From: an uncultured Boseongicola sp.
GTDB lineage: Bacteria; Pseudomonadota; Alphaproteobacteria; Rhodobacterales; Rhodobacteraceae
Assembly: GCA_938016355.1 (NCBI GenBank)
Contig: CALLWO010000001.1
Coordinates: 1 to 59,096, forward strand
Reading direction: 5' to 3'
DNA: 59,096 nucleotides
In this document: positions 10,045-19,466 of the stretch, piece after piece
Numbering within the stretch: position 1 is the stretch's first letter
How the letters are laid out: each line of letters opens with the position of its first letter
The notes under the pieces: model-generated
What the model was told of the DNA's origin: nothing
Seen by the model: only the letters and a program-made list of their open reading frames with translations
The model's database searches: none
Position numbers and translations under genes: made by a program

Positions 10045-10515
10045 ATGACCGATGCCACCGCCGAAGACGTCGAAGAACCGGCGAAGAAGTCCAAGTTTGG
10101 GCTGATCGTGGGTGTCCTTCTGGCCCTTGTCGGTGGCGGCGGCGGATATTTTGTGACGTCGTCGGGCATGTTGGCGGGCGATGCAAAAAGCGAACCAAAG
10201 AAAATGGCGTCCAAAGGTGTTTCTTTTGTCGAAGTCGAACCGATGACGGTCCCAATCGGCGCGCCGGCGGAACAGCGCTACCTTCGGTTTCGTGCGCAGT
10301 TGGAGGTGAAATCTGACTACAAATCGGATGTGGAGGCGCTGTTGCCGCGTGTGGTTGATGTGCTGAACACTTATCTTCGCTCGATTACTATGGCCGATGT
10401 CGAAGACCCTTCATCGCTTCTAACTCTGCGTTCGCAAATGCGGCGCCGGGTCGATCTGGTCGTGGGCGGCGACAAAGTGAACGACCTTCTTGTCATGGAA
10501 TTTGTGGTGAATTGA
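10045..10515 (+). CDS. fliL: Flagellar basal-body-associated protein FliL
   Basis: One TM segment, then VSFVEVEPMTVPIGAPAEQRYLRFRAQLEV...LRSQMRRRVDLVVGGDKVNDLLVMEFVVN (FliL pattern). The ATG at 10045 is preceded by AGGAG at 10032-10036. The track ORF starts at a TTG at 10027. Confidence 0.85.
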   Translation: MTDATAEDVEEPAKKSKFGLIVGVLLALVGGGGGYFVTSSGMLAGDAKSEPKKMASKGVSFVEVEPMTVPIGAPAEQRYLRFRAQLEVKSDYKSDVEALLPRVVDVLNTYLRSITMADVEDPSSLLTLRSQMRRRVDLVVGGDKVNDLLVMEFVVN

Positions 10516-10524
10516 GGGCGTGTT

Positions 10525-10905
10525 GTGGAACTAATCGCTGATATCCTATTGATCGCAGGCGCGCTGGGTGCGGGTCTCTACTGCGTTGTCTTATCGCGAC
10601 GTTTGAGTAAATTTACCGATCTTGAAAAGGGCGTGGGCGGTGCCATTGCCGTGTTGTCAAAACAAGTTGATGACATGACGGACGCGCTCGAAGTGGCGCG
10701 CAAGGCGACAACTTCCTCGGCATCGTCCTTAGGGTCACTCACTGGCCGAGCCGAAGGGGCCGCGCAACGCCTCGAATTGCTGGTGGCCTCTTTGCATGAC
10801 CTGCCACTGGAGGATGCCGAAGATGCCTTATCCAAAGACAAGGATACGGACGTCATAACCCTCTTCCAAAGCAATCGAACCAATTATCAAGAGGCGGCAG
10901 AATGA
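10525..10905 (+). CDS. Hypothetical membrane-anchored protein embedded in the flagellar operon
   Basis: GTG start, N-terminal TM segment (ILLIAGALGAGLYCVVL), then a helical Ala/Ser-rich region. Its stop overlaps the next start (ATGA). I recognise no family. Confidence 0.6.
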   Translation: MELIADILLIAGALGAGLYCVVLSRRLSKFTDLEKGVGGAIAVLSKQVDDMTDALEVARKATTSSASSLGSLTGRAEGAAQRLELLVASLHDLPLEDAEDALSKDKDTDVITLFQSNRTNYQEAAE

Positions 10906-11498
10906 CCAAAAAACCTCCAAAGAGACATGGGCGCGGCGTTCTTATCGTCGTTGCCTTGTTGCTGATCGCGAGCGCGGCTGTCCGTTTTGGGATCGGTCCC
11001 GGGGCGGCGATTGCGCTGGAATTGACGACTGAAGCCGAAACGCCGCAGATCGTCACAAACGCCGATCCCGACATCACCCCGGAATTGGTTGAGTTGCTTC
11101 TAGAGGTGAAAAACCGCGAGGCGCAATTGCGCGAGCGTGAATCCAAAGTCGAGGCCAGAATGCAGGTTCTTGCCCTTGTTGAAACCGAAGTTGCCCAGGA
11201 TATCAAGCGCCTGGAAGACGCCGAAGCAAAGCTCAGATCGACCATCGCTGTTGCGAACGAAGCCGCAGAATCCGATATCCTGCGTCTGACGGCGGTTTAT
11301 GAAAACATGAAGTCTGAACAAGCGGCGGAGCTTTTTCAGCTGATGGAGCCGAGCTTTGCGGCCGGATTCCTCGGCCGTATGCGACCTGACGCTGCGGCTT
11401 CCATCCTTGCTGGATTGGAGGCCGAGCTTGCGTATTCGATCAGCGTTGTACTGGCCGGGCGGAATGCAGATGTACCAGTCGAATCTCTGGAGCAGTGA
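10902..11498 (+). CDS. MotE-like flagellar protein (MgtE-N-like helical C-terminus)
   Basis: N-terminal TM segment, a charged coiled coil, and C-terminal MKSEQAAELFQLMEPSFAAGFLGRMRPDAAASILAGLE resembling MotE family proteins. It lies immediately upstream of motA. Confidence 0.55.
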   Translation: MTKKPPKRHGRGVLIVVALLLIASAAVRFGIGPGAAIALELTTEAETPQIVTNADPDITPELVELLLEVKNREAQLRERESKVEARMQVLALVETEVAQDIKRLEDAEAKLRSTIAVANEAAESDILRLTAVYENMKSEQAAELFQLMEPSFAAGFLGRMRPDAAASILAGLEAELAYSISVVLAGRNADVPVESLEQ

Positions 11499-11548
11499 CG
11501 CAAATTTAACGTGATCATGATTAATGGTCGAACTTGAGTGTCTCATGA

Positions 11549-12430
11549 GTGGATGAAACGTTGCTTGGGATCGTTGGTGTAGTCGTTGTTTTCGGAATGG
11601 TGTTCGGCGGGTATCTGATCTCCGGCGGCAAGATGACGATCATTATGAAATCTCTCCCCTACGAGATGATGATGATTGGCGGAGCCGCAACCGGCGCTTT
11701 CTTGATCGCGAATTCCGGGTCAACGATCAAACACGCACTCAAAGACATCGGGAAAGTATTCAAAGGCGCACATTGGAAGCCTGACGACTACCGGGACTTG
11801 CTCTGCCTGCTTTTCGAATTGATACGCCTCGCACGGCAAAATCCCGTCGCACTCGAAGAACACATCGAAGATCCTGAAAATTCATCGATCTTTGCGGGGT
11901 ACTCCAAGATCCTGAAAGATCGCGAAGCCGTGGAGTTGATCTGCGATACCCTCAGATCTGCGTCGATGAACTACAATGATCCGCACCAGGTTGAAGAGGT
12001 CCTGGAAAAACGTCTCGAAGCGCATTTGCACCACGCCAAACACTCAAGTCACGCCCTACAAATTGTAGCGGATGGATTGCCCGCGCTTGGAATCGTTGCG
12101 GCCGTGCTTGGCGTTATCAAAACGATGAGTTCGATTGATCAACCTCCCGAAATTCTCGGAAAACTGATTGGTGGCGCGCTTGTTGGAACCTTTCTTGGTG
12201 TTTTCCTTGCCTACGGGTTTGTCGGGCCCTTCTCAAACAAACTTGATGCAATTGCCGACGAAGACCATCATTTCTATCAATTGATACGGGAAGTGCTGGT
12301 TGCCAATTTACACAATCACGCCACGAGCATTTGCATCGAAGTCGGGCGGCAAAACGTACCCGGCGGGCGCCGCCCCAGTTTTGCCGATCTTGAAGAGGCC
12401 ATCAAAAACACCAAACAGGACGCCGCATGA
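11549..12430 (+). CDS. motA: Flagellar stator protein MotA
   Basis: 293 aa with four TM segments, an N-terminal GIVGVVVVFGMVFGGYLISGG and a C-terminal PALGIVAAVLGVIKTM plug/TM3-4 region typical of MotA. GTG start. Confidence 0.9.
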   Translation: MDETLLGIVGVVVVFGMVFGGYLISGGKMTIIMKSLPYEMMMIGGAATGAFLIANSGSTIKHALKDIGKVFKGAHWKPDDYRDLLCLLFELIRLARQNPVALEEHIEDPENSSIFAGYSKILKDREAVELICDTLRSASMNYNDPHQVEEVLEKRLEAHLHHAKHSSHALQIVADGLPALGIVAAVLGVIKTMSSIDQPPEILGKLIGGALVGTFLGVFLAYGFVGPFSNKLDAIADEDHHFYQLIREVLVANLHNHATSICIEVGRQNVPGGRRPSFADLEEAIKNTKQDAA

Positions 12431-14709
12431 TCCGCGCCCTCGTTACACTTGCCTGTGCCCTGGTAATTTCGAGCTCTGCACTTGCCGATACGGTGCGCGT
12501 CCGCAGCGGCGAACACCCCGACTTCACCCGTTTGGTGTTTGAATTCTCGGCCCTCCCTGATTGGCAGGCGGGGCGCGTCAAAGACGGATACGAAATTGCA
12601 TTTAAAGGCAACGGCGCACTTACAGCAGATTTGGAGCGCGCTTTTGCTCTTATTCGTCGCGACCGCGTTGCCGAAATTGATGTCGAGGCAGAACAGCGAC
12701 GCATCACCATCGTCCTGGCCTGCACTTGCAATGCGGATATATTCACCGTGCGCAGCAATGCTCTCGTTATTGATATTCGCGATGGCGCGCCCGACGAAAC
12801 CGACAAATTCGAGGACGTATTGCCGGTCCCAAAGGCAACGCAACCTAAGGCGCTCTCGAACGCGCCGGCTCTCAATGCCCCGGTAATACATAACGCAGAT
12901 GCACCGCGATACCTGCCTCTTTATGACGAACCGCACCTGGCGCAAACCGACGTCCCGCCTTTACGGACTGCCACGCAGAAGGCCGATCGACCACCAGCTA
13001 TCCCACTTTCAGACCGCGTTCGCCCGACAAGCTCTGCTTCGCTTGATCTAACGGATATCGGGGCCACGATTGATTCCAACGCGGTCTCGGCCGTTGCCGA
13101 TCAATTGTCACGTGCCATCGCCCAAGGACTGCTTGAACCGTTCGAGCCGCAACAAGGCTTGCCGGCCGCATCTGACACTTCACCCGTCAACATCTCGGGC
13201 CCGGCAAACTTCCTGGCGACGACCCGCCTTGACCGTGATTTGAACGCAACCGACGTCAGCGTAGAAGCAACGAGTTCCGGCGCTCAATGTATCTCCGATC
13301 GTTATATCGCTTTTGAAAAATGGGGCGATCCAGACGACCTTTCGTACCTTGGCAAATTGCGACGCAAAGCAATTGCGGAAAATGGTGCAGTCACTCAAGA
13401 AGGCATGAGGGATCTTGCGCGATTTTACCTTTTGCTAGGATTTGGAAGCGAAGCACAGGCGCTCGCCCGGCAAATTTCGCCGGGCGTAGACCGCGACATC
13501 ATTCTCGCGCTAGGCGACATCATTGACCAAGGATACTCCGAAGCGCCTATTTTGGATGGCCAGATCGCATGCGCTGGCGAAGTTTCGCTCTGGGCGGCGT
13601 TGGCGCAACCATTTGGTGCGGATGAAATTCCAACGTCGACGGACGCAATTCTCAAATCATTCTCGGCACTGCCAAGGCATTTGCGTACTCATCTTGGCCC
13701 AACTCTTTCGGAGCGACTCCGTCAGGCGGGCGCCCCAACAAGTGCGCGCGCAGCGTTAAACGCGGTCACCCGCGCTGGCTCAGGTACCGCGCGCCAAGAT
13801 TTGACAAGTGCGCGATTAGGTCTGACCGGAACGGCCGCGGGCCAATCAAGAACGGCACTGGAAACCTTATCGCAAGGCACGGATTTCACAGCAGCTGAAG
13901 CTTTGCTTGAGCTATTGAACGATTCTAGACGACGCCAAGTCGCCCCAAAGCCTGAGTGGGTTGACGACGCAGCCACGCTTGTCCGCGCCATTCGTGGAAC
14001 AGAACTTGGTGAACGGCTGAGTATTGCCGCGCTACAAGGACATGTGCCACTCGGCCGCTTTGATGCGCTGCGACGAACCCTCAATACGTCCGTCCCCGGA
14101 TTGAACGATTCCGTTCGGCGGAACCTCTCGGTCGAGGCGTTAACTGCGGCAGTTGCAGAGGCCGACGACATAGCCTTTCTGCGTTCTGAAATCGGGTTCT
14201 CTCGGTTTGCTAAGCCACAATTCTTGTCTGTAGATGCGAAGTACAATGTGGCTGCACGGCTTCTCTCTCTGGATCTTCCACAGATAGCACTGAAATATTT
14301 GGAGAACGCGCCCGAGACCGAACGCTTTAGCCATCTTTCAGCGAAAGTCTATACACGCCTGATGCGCCCTGACACTGCGCAACGTCAGATCGAGGACTTG
14401 AACACCACAGGCATTGCAGCGACGCGTGCGACTATTTTTGACGCAATCGGTCAGCGAAAGCAGGCAGCGACGCAATATGCGCTTGCGGATCAACCGGTTC
14501 TTGCCACGCGCCGGGCATTGCAGTCGGGTGATTGGGAATGGGCTGCCAGCAATTTGCCGACGAATGTCCGCGACACACTCCTGACTTTGACAACGCCAAA
14601 TGACCCTGCAACAGACAGCGAAAACGCAGCCCTCATCGAGAGCGTTTCAAATCGTCGCGAAGCAGTCCGCAACTTACTTGAGTTGTCCAAGATCGAAGGC
14701 GAACCATAA
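12427..14709 (+). CDS. Large secreted flagellar-cluster protein of unknown function (AMIN-like N-terminal domain, Pro-rich linker, TPR-like helical repeats)
   Basis: The ATG overlaps the motA stop (ATGA at 12427-12430). Signal peptide ...SSSALA/DT. VRVRSGEHPDFTRLVFEF...NALVIDIRDG looks AMIN-like, and the C-terminal ~500 aa is helical and Ala/Leu-rich. Confidence in it being a gene is high; function is unknown. Confidence 0.8.
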   Translation: MIRALVTLACALVISSSALADTVRVRSGEHPDFTRLVFEFSALPDWQAGRVKDGYEIAFKGNGALTADLERAFALIRRDRVAEIDVEAEQRRITIVLACTCNADIFTVRSNALVIDIRDGAPDETDKFEDVLPVPKATQPKALSNAPALNAPVIHNADAPRYLPLYDEPHLAQTDVPPLRTATQKADRPPAIPLSDRVRPTSSASLDLTDIGATIDSNAVSAVADQLSRAIAQGLLEPFEPQQGLPAASDTSPVNISGPANFLATTRLDRDLNATDVSVEATSSGAQCISDRYIAFEKWGDPDDLSYLGKLRRKAIAENGAVTQEGMRDLARFYLLLGFGSEAQALARQISPGVDRDIILALGDIIDQGYSEAPILDGQIACAGEVSLWAALAQPFGADEIPTSTDAILKSFSALPRHLRTHLGPTLSERLRQAGAPTSARAALNAVTRAGSGTARQDLTSARLGLTGTAAGQSRTALETLSQGTDFTAAEALLELLNDSRRRQVAPKPEWVDDAATLVRAIRGTELGERLSIAALQGHVPLGRFDALRRTLNTSVPGLNDSVRRNLSVEALTAAVAEADDIAFLRSEIGFSRFAKPQFLSVDAKYNVAARLLSLDLPQIALKYLENAPETERFSHLSAKVYTRLMRPDTAQRQIEDLNTTGIAATRATIFDAIGQRKQAATQYALADQPVLATRRALQSGDWEWAASNLPTNVRDTLLTLTTPNDPATDSENAALIESVSNRREAVRNLLELSKIEGEP

Positions 14710-14798
14710 TGTTCAGACATTCGCAATCCTTCCAACATATCTTCAAAACTTAAGCGACCTAAGTGGTGCGCTCAAAGTAATATGAAGGGACGGCCAGA

Positions 14799-15536
14799 AT
14801 GGCCCGACATTGGACAGATCAATGCGTTTCAACGCTCTTTGTGCTTGTTTTCCTAGCATCTAGCGGCATGGCGCGCGCCGCTTCGGAGGCAAGCGAGATC
14901 TCCGGGATCTGCGAAATCGCCGCTGTAAAAGCATCGCAAAAATATGCTGTTCCGCTGAATGTCTTGCGGGCCATATCATTGACGGAGACAGGCCGTCGAA
15001 TGAACGGCGAAATCCGCCCTTGGCCGTGGACGATCAACATGGAGGGTAAGGGCAAATGGTTTGACGACCGCAAAGGCGCACGCAGCTATGTCGACCGGCA
15101 CTTCGAAAGGGGTGCAAGAAGCTTTGATGTCGGTTGCTTCCAGATCAACTATCGATGGCACGGCGAACATTTTGAGTCATTGACGGAAATGTTCGACCCA
15201 CAGATCAACGCCGACTACGCGGCCAAATTTTTGGCCGAGCTTTTTGACGAATTCGGCGACTGGTCACGAGCGGCGGGCGCGTACCATTCCAGAACGCCCA
15301 AATATGCAAACAAGTATCGTGCCCGGTTCAACCGCTTGATTGCAGGTCTTTCACCCGAGCCAGTCTTGCCCGAGGCCACTCGCGTAGTGGCGGACATAAA
15401 ACCGAAGCCTACGAAACCCCGCTCGAACTCGTTCCCGTTATTGCAGGTTCGAACAAGCCGCGCCGCGTTCGCGTCTTTGGTCCCACTTCCCCAAGACGCC
15501 CCGCAGGGCCGCTTCCTTCAGATCGGCGGCAACTAG
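14799..15536 (+). CDS. SLT-family lytic transglycosylase (flagellar, SltF-like)
   Basis: Signal peptide, then ...VLRAISLTETGRRMNGEIRPWPWTIN...FDVGCFQINYRWHG...AAGAYHS. The catalytic Glu lies in the SLTET context. Confidence 0.85.
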   Translation: MARHWTDQCVSTLFVLVFLASSGMARAASEASEISGICEIAAVKASQKYAVPLNVLRAISLTETGRRMNGEIRPWPWTINMEGKGKWFDDRKGARSYVDRHFERGARSFDVGCFQINYRWHGEHFESLTEMFDPQINADYAAKFLAELFDEFGDWSRAAGAYHSRTPKYANKYRARFNRLIAGLSPEPVLPEATRVVADIKPKPTKPRSNSFPLLQVRTSRAAFASLVPLPQDAPQGRFLQIGGN

Positions 15537-15539
15537 CGC

Positions 15540-17618
15540 GTGCTGAGCCTAAGCAACATATTCCGACCGACTGTTCTGCTGACATTGGCGCTCATGACAG
15601 TCATCGTCATGATGATCCTGCCCATGCCCGCGTGGGTGTTGGATGTCGGGCTTGCGACGTCATTTGCGCTTGCCATCTTGATCTTCACAGTAACGCTTTT
15701 CATCGAAAGGCCGCTGGATTTTTCGGCCTTCCCAACCATCCTGCTCGCGACTTTGATGTTGCGTTTGTCACTGAACGTCTCCTCAACAAAACTCATTATT
15801 GGTGAGGGTCATACCGGAACTAACGCCGCGGGCGATGTCATTGAAGGCTTCGCAAACTTCATCATGGGGGGCAGCCTGTTCCTTGGCCTCGTGGTGTTCG
15901 GCGTTCTGTTGATTGTCAATTTTATCGTCATCACCAAAGGTGCTGCACGTATGGCCGAGGTTGGCGCAAGGTTCGCGCTTGATGGTATGCCTGGCAAACA
16001 GCTCGCGATTGACAGCGATATGTCCGCAGGTGCAATCGACCACACGGAAGCAAAATTGCGCCGTGAACGCGAACAGGCCGAAACGACCTTCTTCGGGTCG
16101 CTGGATGGGGCATCAAAATTTGTCAAAGGCGACGCAATTGCAGGGCTATTGATCACGATCCTCAATCTCGTAATGGGATTGATCATCGGGATCGCGGTGC
16201 ATGACATGAGCGCGGGGAAAGCGTTTGAAACATACGCGATTCTGACGGTCGGGGACGGCTTGGTTAGTCAAATTCCCGCCGTCATCATATCCATCGCATC
16301 GGCGTTGCTTTTGGCGCGGGGCGGCACCACAGGCTCCACCGATCTGGCCGTGTTTGCGCAGCTTAGCCGGTACCCGGCAGCGATTGCGACCGTAGCCGCG
16401 TTGATGGCGGTTTTCGCGCTTTTTCCAGGTATGCCTTTTCTGCCATTTGTCACCGGCGCAATAATTCTGGGTGTGATCGCCTTCCGGACTGGGCGCCAAG
16501 AACCCGTAAAAGACGAAGACGCAGATGCGCTTCTGGAGGATACAATCGCGCCCGAACCGACGCTCGGCGACATGCTTGATCTTGACGAGATCCATGTCGA
16601 GTTTGCGCAAGATCTCGTTCCCATGGTTCTTGACGCTGCCACCGGGCTCGACGCGAGAATAACCAATATGCGCACGCATATTGCGGCGAATTTCGGGGTT
16701 ATTCTTCCCGAAATCCGCCTAACCGATGACGCTGGGCTTCCGCCGGGCACGTATATTATTCGCATTCAGGGGGTGGCGCAGGGCCGTGACCGGCTGGACG
16801 CAAATCGTGTCTTGGCACTTTTGCCGCCAGTTCCGTCGGACCAAATTCCGCCAGGGGAAGATGTCAAAGAGCCGGTCTATGGCGCGCCCGCGCGCTGGTT
16901 GTCGCGCGGTGTCGCTGACGACGCAGCTCTTGCAGGCGCAACTGTCATCAACCCGGCCGAGGTTTTGGCAACCCACTTGCTCGAAGTCATAAAATCCAAT
17001 TTCCCACGACTTGTAGGCATTAAGTCGCTGCGCCGGTTGCTTGAGGAACTTACGAGCCTCAGCGATCAGGATCGCGCCGATGCCAATCGACGTCTGTTTG
17101 ATGAATTCATCCCTGACAAAGTGCCAATTGATCTTTTGCTTTCAGTCATTCGCTTGCTTTTAGAAGAGAGAGTTTCGATCCGGAACCTTCCGCTCATTCT
17201 TGAAAGCATTGCGGAATCGCGCGGCGCAAATGTATCGGCTGAGCAAATGTGTGAGCACGTCCGCCAGAAACTTGCCTTCCAAATTCTCGCCGAACTGCGG
17301 GCGACCGACGGATCGCTCCCTCTCGTTCAGCTTGCGCCAGACTGGGAAGACACGTTCCTGACTTATCAATCAGGCGATGAGCGTAGTGGCGATGTCGCGC
17401 TGCCCCCCGAATTGTTCCACAAGTTGACAAACGGGATCGCAGAAAAGCTCGGCACGGCCAGCGAGAACGGACACTTTCCAGCAGTCGTCACGTCAACCCG
17501 GCGTCGGCGATTCCTTCGGACCATCCTTGGGTCAAAGGGAATTACAAATCCTGTTTTGTCGTTTGAAGAATTAGCGCAAGAAACGCGACCAGCGCTGGTG
17601 GGTCTTGTCCCGGCATGA
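15540..17618 (+). CDS. flhA: Flagellar export apparatus protein FlhA
   Basis: 692 aa with FPTILLATLMLRLSLNVSSTKLII and the FHIPEP-type region GARFALDGMPGKQLAIDSD. GTG start. Confidence 0.95.
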   Translation: MLSLSNIFRPTVLLTLALMTVIVMMILPMPAWVLDVGLATSFALAILIFTVTLFIERPLDFSAFPTILLATLMLRLSLNVSSTKLIIGEGHTGTNAAGDVIEGFANFIMGGSLFLGLVVFGVLLIVNFIVITKGAARMAEVGARFALDGMPGKQLAIDSDMSAGAIDHTEAKLRREREQAETTFFGSLDGASKFVKGDAIAGLLITILNLVMGLIIGIAVHDMSAGKAFETYAILTVGDGLVSQIPAVIISIASALLLARGGTTGSTDLAVFAQLSRYPAAIATVAALMAVFALFPGMPFLPFVTGAIILGVIAFRTGRQEPVKDEDADALLEDTIAPEPTLGDMLDLDEIHVEFAQDLVPMVLDAATGLDARITNMRTHIAANFGVILPEIRLTDDAGLPPGTYIIRIQGVAQGRDRLDANRVLALLPPVPSDQIPPGEDVKEPVYGAPARWLSRGVADDAALAGATVINPAEVLATHLLEVIKSNFPRLVGIKSLRRLLEELTSLSDQDRADANRRLFDEFIPDKVPIDLLLSVIRLLLEERVSIRNLPLILESIAESRGANVSAEQMCEHVRQKLAFQILAELRATDGSLPLVQLAPDWEDTFLTYQSGDERSGDVALPPELFHKLTNGIAEKLGTASENGHFPAVVTSTRRRRFLRTILGSKGITNPVLSFEELAQETRPALVGLVPA

Positions 17619-18397
17619 CCGAAGCGATTGCAGAACTAACCGGGATCGCGCAATCGGTCTTGTTTGCTTCCATCCTTGTATTCCTCCGTATCGGCGCGGC
17701 GATGGCGCTCCTCCCAGCTTTCGGGGAAATGATGGTTCCGGTTCGGGTTCGTCTTGCACTGACCCTCGCGCTTGCCGTTGTCGTCGGCCCGGCCGTCACC
17801 GATAGTATCCCCATTGATCCTGACTTTGGTGCGGGTGCGAAACTGGCGGCCCTTGAGATTGCCACCGGCCTGACGTTGGGGTTTGCGTTGCGCTTGTTTG
17901 TATTTGCGCTTCAGGTGGCGGGCACGATTGCCGCACAATCGACATCGCTTTCTCAGCTCTTGGGCGGTCAGGTGATCGACCCGCAACCCGCTCTAGGTGC
18001 GATATTGGTGCTTGGCGGGCTTGCACTCGCAACTTTGCTCGGCCTGCATACAAAAATCGCTTCGATGTTCATCATGTCCTACGCGACCGTCCCGGTTGGG
18101 ATGACAATTCCGGCGGGGAGCCTCCTCCATTGGGCTGTTGCCGGAGTTTCTCATATGTTCGCGTTGGCGGTGGTCCTGGCCATGCCATTCTTGCTGGCGT
18201 CACTTCTTTATAATTTGGCGCTGGGCGTCATTAACCGCGCGATGCCACAATTGATGGTCGCATTCGTCGGCGCACCTGCAATCACATTCGGCGCACTTGT
18301 GTTGCTGGCGTTAACGGCCCCAATTCTGCTTTCGGTTTGGTCAGACCAGCTTGATCGCCAAATTTCTGATCCGTTCGGTGCCGTTCATGGCCGATGA
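17615..18397 (+). CDS. fliR: Flagellar export apparatus protein FliR
   Basis: 260-aa polytopic protein with an N-terminus typical of FliR (VLFASILVFLRIGAAMALLPAFGE). ATGA overlap with the flhA stop. Confidence 0.9.
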   Translation: MTEAIAELTGIAQSVLFASILVFLRIGAAMALLPAFGEMMVPVRVRLALTLALAVVVGPAVTDSIPIDPDFGAGAKLAALEIATGLTLGFALRLFVFALQVAGTIAAQSTSLSQLLGGQVIDPQPALGAILVLGGLALATLLGLHTKIASMFIMSYATVPVGMTIPAGSLLHWAVAGVSHMFALAVVLAMPFLLASLLYNLALGVINRAMPQLMVAFVGAPAITFGALVLLALTAPILLSVWSDQLDRQISDPFGAVHGR

Positions 18398-19466
18398 AGA
18401 AGAAAGCTCAGAAAAGCCGTTTGACGCCACGCCTCGAAAACTGGAAGAGGCGCGCAAACGCGGGGACGTGCCGGTCTCGCAAGACCTGACCACGGCGCTC
18501 GTTTACCTTGGTTTCATCGTTGCTGCCGGCTTGTTCGGTTTACAATCACTCATAGACATTTCCACGCGAATGGCCTCGCTGCTCGACATGCCGCATCGGT
18601 TTGCGGATCAGGCATTTGGCGGGGGTCAGCAGTTTTTGGGTGGCCTTTTGAGCGCGCTCCTCGGGCCTTTGTCGCCTTGGTTCGGCATCCCGATCATCTT
18701 CGCGATCCTCGCCATTGTCGCCCAGAATGCACTCGTTTTCGCACCTGACCGCATCAAGCCTAAACTCAACAGGATTTCTCCGATAAGTGCTGCCAAGCAA
18801 AAATTCGGACGCGACGGTTTGTTTAATTTTGCAAAAAGCTTCGTGAAACTCGTTGTTTACAGCGCGGTTTTGGGCTGGGTCGCGATCGTTTGGGCAGAAG
18901 ATATTCTGACTACACCAGCGTTTACATTTCAGGCCTCGTTGAGCCTTGCTGTCTCGACTGTATTTGCATTTCTCGGCGCGTCATTCCTTGTCACGCTCAT
19001 CATAGGTGGCGGTGACTATCTTTGGCAACGCGCGGAACACCTTCGAAAGCAACGTATGTCCCTGAAGGAATTACGGGATGAATCAAAAGAAACCGAAGGG
19101 GATCCCCATACAAAACAAGCGCGCCGGCAGCGGGGCTACGATATCGCAACCAACAGGATGATCGCCGATGTGCCCGGCGCAGATGTCGTGGTAGTCAACC
19201 CGACCCATTATGCAGTCGCACTCAAATGGAGCCGAGATGGCGGTGCGGCGCCTGTCTGTGTTGCGAAGGGAACCGACGCGGTGGCCGCGCGTATTCGCGA
19301 AGCTGCGATGGAACATGGAGTCCCGGTTCATCATGACCCTCCAACGGCGCGCGCACTTCATGCAACCGTGGACCTTGGGCAAGAGATCCCACCAGATCAC
19401 TACCGCGCTGTGGCTGCCGCAATCCGGTTCGCGGATGCCATTCGCCTGCGATCAAAGGGTCCATAG
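18387..19466 (+). CDS. flhB: Flagellar export switch protein FlhB
   Basis: MADEEESSEKPFDATPRKLEEARKRGDVPVSQDL N-terminus and the NPTH autocleavage site (VVVNPTHYAVAL). I prefer the ATG at 18387, which overlaps the fliR end by 11 nt. The track ORF starts at 18351. Confidence 0.93.
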   Translation: MADEEESSEKPFDATPRKLEEARKRGDVPVSQDLTTALVYLGFIVAAGLFGLQSLIDISTRMASLLDMPHRFADQAFGGGQQFLGGLLSALLGPLSPWFGIPIIFAILAIVAQNALVFAPDRIKPKLNRISPISAAKQKFGRDGLFNFAKSFVKLVVYSAVLGWVAIVWAEDILTTPAFTFQASLSLAVSTVFAFLGASFLVTLIIGGGDYLWQRAEHLRKQRMSLKELRDESKETEGDPHTKQARRQRGYDIATNRMIADVPGADVVVVNPTHYAVALKWSRDGGAAPVCVAKGTDAVAARIREAAMEHGVPVHHDPPTARALHATVDLGQEIPPDHYRAVAAAIRFADAIRLRSKGP

